Shown: positions 56,646-64,000 of the stretch, piece after piece
How the letters are laid out: each line of letters starts with the position of its first letter
Position numbering within the stretch: position 1 is the first letter of the stretch
From: Syntrophales bacterium
Lineage (GTDB): Bacteria; Desulfobacterota; Syntrophia; Syntrophales; UBA2210
Direction of reading: 5' to 3'
Length of the DNA: 64,000 nt
NCBI GenBank assembly: GCA_963662405.2
Contig: CAXXKT010000001.1
Location: 2,656,001-2,720,000, forward strand
Translations under genes and position numbers: made by a program
The notes under the pieces: model-generated
What the model was told of the DNA's origin: nothing
Database searches by the model: none
What the model saw: only the letters and a program-made list of their open reading frames with translations

Positions 56646-56782
56646 TAAGCCGATACGAAGACGCAATGCAATGGTTTTCGTGACGTGGAGTGAGAGAATT
56701 TCAATTTCTCCTTGACTTTCCGGGTTTTTGACGGTAGGTGATACCCAAAACGTGAGAGATGTATCCAGGAAGGGAAGAGAAT

Positions 56783-56854
56783 ATGTTTGAGCTGTTGGGC
56801 AACTTTTTTAGCTTTTTTGGTTTTTTTGGTGAGGTCTGCCCTCTGAGCTCTTGA
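56783..56854 (+). CDS. Phe-rich leader peptide (23 aa)
   Basis: MFELLGNFFSFFGFFGEVCPLSS, 7 TTT codons; purine-rich RBS. Confidence 0.8.
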   Translation: MFELLGNFFSFFGFFGEVCPLSS

Positions 56855-56945
56855 CACAAAGCTGTATGAGCCGTGGGCAGACCGAGCAACTGCCCACGGC
56901 TTTTTTTATTTTTGGGGCCGTGGATAATCCACGGCCCTTTTTATT
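56783..56945 (+). promoter_or_regulatory. Transcription attenuator with two terminator-like hairpins
   Basis: Antiterminator GGTCTGCCC(56833)/GGGCAGACC(56875); terminator AGCCGTGGGCAG/CTGCCCACGGCT + T7; second hairpin 56915-56942. Confidence 0.8.
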
Positions 56946-56964
56946 TCAAAGGGAGGGAAAGGCA

Positions 56965-58164
56965 ATGCGGAAAATATGGTGTATCATCATAGGCGTACTT
57001 CTTGTCCTGGGGATGGCCCCGGGCCTGCACGCGAAGGCGATCAAGGTGGGCGCGGCGATCAATCTGACCGGTCCCGCCTCCACCTGGGGACAGTTCCACG
57101 CGAAAGGCCTGCGGGATTATTTCCGGTATGTCAATGAGGTCAAGGGAGGCGTGGACGGGAACCGGATAGAGATGCTCCTCGTGGATACCATGTACAAGGT
57201 TCCCGAAGCGGTAGCGGCGGTCAGAAAATTCGCCGTCAGCGACCGGGTTGATATGATCGCAACCTGGGGAGCGGGAGAGGGACTTGCGGCAAAACCGATC
57301 ATTCAGCGCTACAAGATCCCCACAATCAATTACTCCACGAGCTGGGAAATTCTTGAAGAACCAATCGATTTTATGTATCTTCCTTTTGGAAGCTACCGGC
57401 TCGACTGCTATGCGATCCTGGAATACATCGCTGCAAACCACAAGGGGGAAAATCCGCCGAAGGTTGGTCTCCTGACGTACAACAATGCCTACGGACGGTC
57501 GATACATAAACCAAGCAGGGAATATGCGGAGAAACATGGGATCGATATCGTCGCAATCGAGGAGTTCCCCCCGAAGACGCTCGACCTGACTACGGAGCTG
57601 TTGAAACTGCAAAAGAACGGTGCGGAGTACATCTTCATGCAGATGCTCCCCGCGGCGATCATCACCACCTTCAAATGCGCCGACAGGATCGAGTATGCTC
57701 CCCAGTTCTTCGGGACCTGGACCTCGACGGATCCTGATTTCTTTACCATGGGAGACGGTCTGATCAGGGATCGATTGAAGATGCAGTTCCCCGGCGGATT
57801 GCCCGTCGACAAGGGTGAGGGGATTACGATCATGGAGGACATGTGGAAGCGATACGGCACGGTCGACTCTTTTGACGCCTCCTACTGGGAAGGAGTGGTC
57901 CTGGGGATGATCATGGAGCGTGCATTCGTCCGTGCCCAGGAAAAGTATGGGAAGGTGACGAGAGAAACCATCAACAAGGCGATGGAATCCTTTTCAAATG
58001 AACGATTCGGTGGGCTTATGCCTGACGTTTCCTATTCGAAGACGAATCACGAGGGCTCCTTCACGGCGCGGATCGTCAGGGTCTCGGAGGAGGGAACATA
58101 CCGTCCTGTTACCAACTTTTTCGTGCCCGGCAAGGGAGAGATAGAGGTTCTGGAGGGCAAATGA
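56965..58164 (+). CDS. ABC transporter substrate-binding protein (Liv/HAAT family)
   Basis: Signal peptide; IKVG...LTGP, VNEVKGGVDG. Confidence 0.9.
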   Translation: MRKIWCIIIGVLLVLGMAPGLHAKAIKVGAAINLTGPASTWGQFHAKGLRDYFRYVNEVKGGVDGNRIEMLLVDTMYKVPEAVAAVRKFAVSDRVDMIATWGAGEGLAAKPIIQRYKIPTINYSTSWEILEEPIDFMYLPFGSYRLDCYAILEYIAANHKGENPPKVGLLTYNNAYGRSIHKPSREYAEKHGIDIVAIEEFPPKTLDLTTELLKLQKNGAEYIFMQMLPAAIITTFKCADRIEYAPQFFGTWTSTDPDFFTMGDGLIRDRLKMQFPGGLPVDKGEGITIMEDMWKRYGTVDSFDASYWEGVVLGMIMERAFVRAQEKYGKVTRETINKAMESFSNERFGGLMPDVSYSKTNHEGSFTARIVRVSEEGTYRPVTNFFVPGKGEIEVLEGK

Positions 58165-58982
58165 AGGCTTTTCGCGGTCAGCCCGACATCTTTAAGGCCA
58201 TATCCGGCGACGGTAAACGTGCCGATCTAACAGTTGCCGATCTATCACTGCGTTTCGGAGGACTGACGGCCCTGAGCAATGTCGGTTTTGAGGTACAGAC
58301 CGGTGAACTGTTCGCTATTATCGGTCCCAACGGTGCGGGAAAAACCAGCCTTTTAAATTGTTTGACCGGGTTTTATCGACCGCAGGAAGGGGTGATTCTC
58401 TTCAACGGCAAAGACATCACAAACCTGCCGACCCACGGACTGGTCAGTCGCGGCGTCGGCAGGACCTTTCAAAATATCGAACTGTTCCCTGGGATGACCG
58501 TCCTGTCGAATATGCTCCTGGCGCGTCATTCACTGTGCGGTTATGGCCTGGGACGGGCGCTCCTTTTCCTGCCCGGGGTACGCAGGGAAGAGATACGGCA
58601 TCGTCTCGTGGTGGAAGAACTGATCGATTTCCTGGAGATGCAGGCGATTCGAAAGAAACCGGTCGGATCTCTTCCTTACGGACTGCGCAAACGGGTCGAA
58701 CTCGGGCGGGCACTGGCGCTTGAACCGAAGCTCCTGGTCCTGGACGAACCCTTTGCCGGTATGAATCTCGAGGAGAAGGAAGACATGGTGCGGTTCCTCT
58801 CCGAACTGAACGGTCAGTGGGGGCAGACCATGATACTTGTCGAACATGATATGTCGATTGTTATGACCATATCGAACCGCGTGATGGTATTGAATTTCGG
58901 GGAAAAGCTCGCAGAGGGGACCCCCGAGGAAGTACAAAACGACCCAGAGGTCATACGGGCGTATCTGGGAGATGCACAGTGA
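58161..58982 (+). CDS. livG: ABC ATPase (LivG-like)
   Basis: FGGLTAL, GPNGAGKT, RTFQN, LPYG, VIRAYLG. Confidence 0.88.
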   Translation: MKAFRGQPDIFKAISGDGKRADLTVADLSLRFGGLTALSNVGFEVQTGELFAIIGPNGAGKTSLLNCLTGFYRPQEGVILFNGKDITNLPTHGLVSRGVGRTFQNIELFPGMTVLSNMLLARHSLCGYGLGRALLFLPGVRREEIRHRLVVEELIDFLEMQAIRKKPVGSLPYGLRKRVELGRALALEPKLLVLDEPFAGMNLEEKEDMVRFLSELNGQWGQTMILVEHDMSIVMTISNRVMVLNFGEKLAEGTPEEVQNDPEVIRAYLGDAQ

Positions 58983-60928
58983 ACCGAAACCCGGAGGCCT
59001 CGAAACTCGATACGAAGATGCATCAGAATCCCGAGGGATGGCAGACACTTCCGCAGACCCTCATGGGCCAGGCGGAAAGATATGGGGACCGCATCGCCAT
59101 CCGCGAGAAGGCGTATGGGATATGGCAGAGCTACACGTGGCGGGATTACCGTGCATTTACAAAGAAGGTGGGGTTGGGACTGTGCGCCCTCGGGCTGACA
59201 AGGGGTGATAATATCGGCGTTGTTATGGACAATCACCCCGAATGGCTCTTCAGTCAGTTGGGCGGTCAGGCCCTCGGTGCCGTTATACTTAATCTCTTTA
59301 CCTCCGCCGTCAGCAGCGAGATCGCGGGAACCCTCAATAGAATCAATGCCGCATATGTCATCGTGCAGGACCAGGAACAGGCGGACAAGCTGCTCGACAT
59401 GCGCGACAGCCTCTCCCATGTACGGAAGGTGATCTACGTGGACCGGACCGGGATGAGCGGACCATACCGGGACGATGACTGGCTGATCAGCTTCGCAGAA
59501 CTGCTGGAGAGAGGGGAGGCTTTGGACCGGAAGGAACCCGAGCTCTTCCTCCGGGAGGTGGGGAAGGGGAGGCCGGATGATATTGCCCTGATGATTATGA
59601 CATCGGGGACGACCGGGATCTCCAAACTGGCGATGATGTCGCACAGCAACTTTGCCGCAATGGCGGAAAGTTGGCTGGAGACGCTCCCCGTGGGAATGGA
59701 GGTGGACTGGCTGTCCATGTCCCCCCCCGCATGGATCGTCGATCAGATGTGGACGGGGGTCGCACTGGTCGGGGGGATGACGATGAATTTTCCCGAGACG
59801 CACGAGACGGTCATGGAGGATTTTCGCGAGTTGGGCCCCACGGTTATCATCACCTCGTCCCGTTTCTGGGAGGACCTGGCCTCGACGATCCGCGTCAAGA
59901 TAGGGGATGCCGGACCGATGAGGAGGGCGCTCTTCCGCGTGGCGGAGCGTATCGGCGGGAAGATCACGGACCTGAAGGCCGAGCGGAAAGATCCGGGGTT
60001 CTTATTGCGCTGTGCGGGGTGGCTGGTTTCTCTCACCATATTTCGCCCCCTTCTGGACCGGGTCGGTTGTGCGCGGTTTCACAGCGCATACACAGGGGGA
60101 CATCCGATCAGCCCCGACGTGATACGCTTTTTCCGTTCCCTCGGGTTGAACCTCAAACAGTGTTACGGCCTGACGGAATCGGGGGGGATCTTTCAGGTCC
60201 AGCCCGATGACGAAATCAAGCCGGAAACGGTCGGGAAACCGTTGTCGGGGATGACGGTAAAGATCTCAGAGGATCAGGAGGTTTTTCTCTCCAGCAAGGC
60301 GGTTTTCCGAGGGTATTACAACGATTTCGAGGCTACCCGTGCCGCTTTTGTGGATGGGTGGCTGAGCACCGGTGATGCCGGATACATCGATGATGACGGC
60401 CATCTCGTCATCATCGGGCGCCGGGAAGAGATCATCCGCAACAAGCAGGGTGAGGCCTTTTCTCCCGATTTTATAGAGACGCGTCTCAAGTTCAGCACCT
60501 ACATCCGCGAGGCGGTCACCTTTGGTGAGGGACGTCCCTACATCACCGCGCTGATCAACATCGACATGGGAAACGTCGGTAACTGGGCCGAGGAGCGAAT
60601 GATTCCCTATACCACCTACACCGACCTTTCGCAGCGACGGGAGGTCGAGGACCTTGTGCGCGGGGAAATCCTGGCGGTGAATGAACGCCTGCCGGATGCA
60701 ATGAAAATCCGCCGATTCATTCTCCTCTACAAGCTCCTCGACGCCGACGACGAGGAGCTGACACGGACCGGGAAGGTGCGCAGGAGATTTGTCTACGGGC
60801 TCTACCTGAAACTGATCAATGCCATGTATGAAGATGCGGATGATGTGGATGTAAAGACGACGATCCGCTATCGAGACGGGCAGGTGGGGACGTTGGAGAC
60901 CCGCGTCCGTATATTGAAACTTGATTGA
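58979..60928 (+). CDS. Acyl-CoA synthetase (long-chain, AMP-forming family)
   Basis: TSGTTG, YGLTE, TGDAG, LTRTGKVRR. Confidence 0.9.
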   Translation: MNRNPEASKLDTKMHQNPEGWQTLPQTLMGQAERYGDRIAIREKAYGIWQSYTWRDYRAFTKKVGLGLCALGLTRGDNIGVVMDNHPEWLFSQLGGQALGAVILNLFTSAVSSEIAGTLNRINAAYVIVQDQEQADKLLDMRDSLSHVRKVIYVDRTGMSGPYRDDDWLISFAELLERGEALDRKEPELFLREVGKGRPDDIALMIMTSGTTGISKLAMMSHSNFAAMAESWLETLPVGMEVDWLSMSPPAWIVDQMWTGVALVGGMTMNFPETHETVMEDFRELGPTVIITSSRFWEDLASTIRVKIGDAGPMRRALFRVAERIGGKITDLKAERKDPGFLLRCAGWLVSLTIFRPLLDRVGCARFHSAYTGGHPISPDVIRFFRSLGLNLKQCYGLTESGGIFQVQPDDEIKPETVGKPLSGMTVKISEDQEVFLSSKAVFRGYYNDFEATRAAFVDGWLSTGDAGYIDDDGHLVIIGRREEIIRNKQGEAFSPDFIETRLKFSTYIREAVTFGEGRPYITALINIDMGNVGNWAEERMIPYTTYTDLSQRREVEDLVRGEILAVNERLPDAMKIRRFILLYKLLDADDEELTRTGKVRRRFVYGLYLKLINAMYEDADDVDVKTTIRYRDGQVGTLETRVRILKLD

Positions 60929-60945
60929 AACAGGAGTGCTGTCAT

Positions 60946-61824
60946 ATGGAATTCTTTATCCATCTTTTGGTGAACGGCTTGAGTATCGGTTTTCTCTATG
61001 GCTTGGCGGCCATGGGGTTCGTCATGATATTCAAATCTTCCAGTGTCCTCAATTTTGCGCACGGAGAGCTGATGGCCCTGGGGGCATTTGTCTTCCTGGT
61101 CCTGATCGGGTGGGCGGGTTTGCCGGTCTACCTGGCCTTTCCCCTGGCCCTTGTCGGCTGTTTTATCCTGGGATTTGTCGTGGAGCGCATCTTTCTGCGG
61201 CCCCTGATCGGAGAACCCCTCATCTATGTCATTATGCTCACCGTGGGGCTCGCCTCGATATTCAAAGGGATTATGCTGTTCATATGGGGTGGAAACCTCT
61301 ATACATTCCCCGATTTTCTCCCTGCCGGTATCGCCGTTCACTGGGGGAGCATCCATATTCCCCCCGTGTATGTCGTGTCGATCGCGATCGGTCTGATTTT
61401 TCTCATACTCTTCGGCCTCTTTTTCAAGTATTCCTCGCAGGGGATTTACATGCGATCGGTCGCGGATAACCAGCCGGCCGCCCTCTCACTGGGGGTGCAC
61501 GTGCGGAAGGTCTTTGCCCTTTCCTGGGGCATCGCGGCCCTCGTAGCGGGGATGAGCGGGATTGTCCTCGGTATCATCAACGGGATCAATGTTCATGACC
61601 TCTCCTCCATCGGCCTCAAGGTTTTCCCCGTCGTCATCCTGGGAGGATTAGACAGTATTGGCGGGGCCGTGATCGGAGGGCTCATTATCGGTCTCCTGGA
61701 GACATTCACCGGCGGGTACCTGTCGACATCGCTCCGTGACGTCATTCCCTACATCGCATTGGTATTCATCCTGATGGTAAAACCGTACGGTCTCTTCGGC
61801 CTGGTGGAGATAGAAAGGGTATGA
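60946..61824 (+). CDS. livH: ABC permease (LivH-like)
   Basis: LNFAHGE, GGLDS. Confidence 0.88.
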   Translation: MEFFIHLLVNGLSIGFLYGLAAMGFVMIFKSSSVLNFAHGELMALGAFVFLVLIGWAGLPVYLAFPLALVGCFILGFVVERIFLRPLIGEPLIYVIMLTVGLASIFKGIMLFIWGGNLYTFPDFLPAGIAVHWGSIHIPPVYVVSIAIGLIFLILFGLFFKYSSQGIYMRSVADNQPAALSLGVHVRKVFALSWGIAALVAGMSGIVLGIINGINVHDLSSIGLKVFPVVILGGLDSIGGAVIGGLIIGLLETFTGGYLSTSLRDVIPYIALVFILMVKPYGLFGLVEIERV

Positions 61825-62894
61825 TGAGAAAACTACGCTTTCACCCCTGTGGGAATTTCAACGATCGATACGAGCAGGAGCTGACGATCTTCGAGACGGA
61901 CTTCGGCCGTACCGCCCTTGTGGCAGGTCTTATTTTTCTGTTCGCGGTGGTGCCGTATGCAAGCGGCCCCTATCTTCTCTATATTCTTAACATGGTTGCG
62001 ATAACTGCCATTGCTGCCATCGGTCTCAATATCCTGATCGGTTTCACCGGACAGCTTTCCCTGGGACATGGGGCCTTCTTCGGCGTAGGGGCCTACGCCG
62101 CCGCCATCCTTGCTACGGACGCGGGATTTCCCTTTCTCCTGGCCGTCCCCTGCGCGGGTCTGATTACCGCCCTGGTCGGTGTGCTCTTCGGGTTGCCTTC
62201 CGGGAGGCTGAAAGGGCTCTACCTCACGATCGCGACGCTGGCCGGACAGTTCATCATCGAATACCTCCTCGTCCACTGGGAGGGCCTGACCAAGGGCACG
62301 ATGGGGATCGTTCTCCCCGAGGCCTCCCTCTTCGGGGTAGCCCTCGGCGGCGACCGGAGTTTTTTCTATATCGCCTACGGGGCCCTGATCATTATGACCT
62401 TCATTGCCGTCAATCTCATGAGGACGCGATACGGGAGGGCGTTCGTGGCGATACGCGACAATGACCGGGCCGCAGAGGGGATGGGAATACCCATATTTCC
62501 CTACAAGCTCCTTTCCTTCGGGATCAGCTCCTTCTACGCGGGGGTTGCCGGGGCGCTCTGGGCCTATTATATGATCAGCATTACGACGGAACCCTTCAAT
62601 CTGGGACTTTCCGTGGAATATATCGCGATGGTCATCATTGGAGGGCTGGGGACCGTCGCCGGTTCCATTTACGGGGCAATCTTCATCACGGGACTGAACG
62701 AAGGTCTACGGTGGCTGACCGATGTCCTGATGAGCACCGATCTTTTCAGCGGGATAGGGCTCTCCATGGCGCCACTCCGAGAGCTGGCATTCGGATCGGC
62801 CATCGTACTCTTTATCCTGCTGGAGCCACGGGGGCTTGCCGAGGTGTGGCGTATCATCCGCTCCAACTTCCGGCTCTGGCCGTTTTCGTACTGA
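61821..62894 (+). CDS. livM: ABC permease (LivM-like)
   Basis: GQLSLGHGAF, GRAFVAIRDN, IIGGLG, PRGL. Confidence 0.88.
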   Translation: MMRKLRFHPCGNFNDRYEQELTIFETDFGRTALVAGLIFLFAVVPYASGPYLLYILNMVAITAIAAIGLNILIGFTGQLSLGHGAFFGVGAYAAAILATDAGFPFLLAVPCAGLITALVGVLFGLPSGRLKGLYLTIATLAGQFIIEYLLVHWEGLTKGTMGIVLPEASLFGVALGGDRSFFYIAYGALIIMTFIAVNLMRTRYGRAFVAIRDNDRAAEGMGIPIFPYKLLSFGISSFYAGVAGALWAYYMISITTEPFNLGLSVEYIAMVIIGGLGTVAGSIYGAIFITGLNEGLRWLTDVLMSTDLFSGIGLSMAPLRELAFGSAIVLFILLEPRGLAEVWRIIRSNFRLWPFSY

Positions 62895-62903
62895 GAGGGT
62901 GTC

Positions 62904-63707
62904 ATGCGCGACAACATTCTGCTCCAACTGAACAATATCAGCGTCGTCTATTCGGATGTCATCCAGGTCCTGAAGGGGGTTTCCCTCGCCGTCAGGGAGG
63001 GAGATATCGTTTCACTCCTTGGAAGTAACGGGGCGGGAAAGACGACGACGCTCAAGGCTATCTCGGGCCTCCTGAAAACGGAGAACGGAAAGGTCACGGA
63101 CGGCGACATCGTCTACGAAAAGGGCCTCATCCAGAATTCTCCCCCGGAGGCGATCACCCGCCGCGGGATCATCCAGGTCCTCGAGGGGCGGCAACCCTTC
63201 AAATATCTGACGATCGAGGAGAATCTCCGGGTCGGGACGGCCACACGGTGGGGAAAACCGTACGGCAAGGATCTGGAACTTATCTATGATTACTTTCCGC
63301 CACTGAAGAAGAGGCGCAAGAACCTGGCAGGATACTGCAGCGGCGGCGAACTCCAGATGCTCGTGATGGGACGCGCCCTGATGGCACACCCCAAACTGCT
63401 CCTTCTGGACGAGCCATCGCTGGGGCTCGCCCCCCTCGTGGTGAAGGAGATATTCACGATCATTGAACGGATCAACCGGGAACAGGAAACGACGATCGTC
63501 CTCGTCGAGCAGAACGCGAATATGGCGCTCCGGATCGCTCACTACGGGTATATCATGGAAAACGGCAGGATCGTCATGGAGGGTGAGGCCGATGATCTAA
63601 AGAAAAATCCCGATATCAAAGAGTTTTATCTGGGGATGGGGACGGGGGGTGACGCCAAGTCATACCGGGACGTCAAATCATATAAGAGACGCAAGCGGTG
63701 GTTGTGA
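62904..63707 (+). CDS. livF: ABC ATPase (LivF-like)
   Basis: GSNGAGKT, SGGE.QM, LDEPSLGLAP, VEQNA. Confidence 0.88.
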   Translation: MRDNILLQLNNISVVYSDVIQVLKGVSLAVREGDIVSLLGSNGAGKTTTLKAISGLLKTENGKVTDGDIVYEKGLIQNSPPEAITRRGIIQVLEGRQPFKYLTIEENLRVGTATRWGKPYGKDLELIYDYFPPLKKRRKNLAGYCSGGELQMLVMGRALMAHPKLLLLDEPSLGLAPLVVKEIFTIIERINREQETTIVLVEQNANMALRIAHYGYIMENGRIVMEGEADDLKKNPDIKEFYLGMGTGGDAKSYRDVKSYKRRKRWL

Positions 63708-63719
63708 GAGGAGAGTGAC

Positions 63720-64000
63720 ATGGAAAGATACTTTGATGACCTGGAGGAGCGTTCGTCGCTCGATCGAGAGGCTGAGAACAATCGGAAGTTGTCCGGGATG
63801 GTTGACAGGGCCTATACCTGCTCTCCGCTGGTCAAGAAAACCCTCGATGACCTCGGGTTGAAACCGTCGGATATTGCCACCGTCGGCGACCTCGGGAAGC
63901 TCCCCGTCATTTCACGGGAAGCGGTGGTCGAGCTGGAGCAGCGGGACCCTCCCTTCGGGGGCCTTTCTCGGCAGGATCTCCCCGCGGCCCGGATATTCAC
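63720..64000 (+). CDS. Phenylacetate-CoA ligase (PaaK)-family protein, N-terminal part
   Basis: Absent from the track (runs off the edge): MERYFDDLEE...GLKPSDIATVGDLGKLPVISRE...PPFGG. Confidence 0.65.
   Translation, partial: MERYFDDLEERSSLDREAENNRKLSGMVDRAYTCSPLVKKTLDDLGLKPSDIATVGDLGKLPVISREAVVELEQRDPPFGGLSRQDLPAARIF

Overview
The window has three parts. (1) 1-12074 is the right-hand end of a prophage ('A'), mostly on the - strand. It holds a partial ParB-like/methylase gene, a lambda-like cos region, an iteron origin, a P4/D5 primase-helicase, a DNA methylase, early genes, a Cro/CI-like switch and a tyrosine integrase. It ends at a 49-bp 3' fragment of tRNA-Arg(TCT). (2) 12026-31282 is a ~19-kb phage-satellite-like island ('B') bounded by the same 49-bp repeat and followed by tRNA-His. 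Its backbone is an integrase, a sigma54 enhancer-binding protein (with a matching -24/-12 promoter and tandem enhancer palindromes in front of the xis-primase operon), a prim-pol/helicase, a lambda-like cos and a Nu1-like protein. Its cargo is two tandem, homologous integron platforms with no intI. Each is a promoter-leader-hairpin element, then an attI-like site, then an array of 4 or 5 attC cassettes, five of them HEPN-like. An IS3 lies between the arrays. (3) 31372-64000 is GC-rich host chromosome, probably an anaerobic Deltaproteobacterium (inferred from gene content). It carries an RND pump with an ECF/Spy module, a flavoprotein with a sigma54 activator, a DUF1566 gene with two DGR-type variable repeats, hflKC, and a Liv-type ABC/acyl-CoA ligase operon behind a Phe leader-peptide attenuator. 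All family calls come from motif recognition by eye; no database searches were run.
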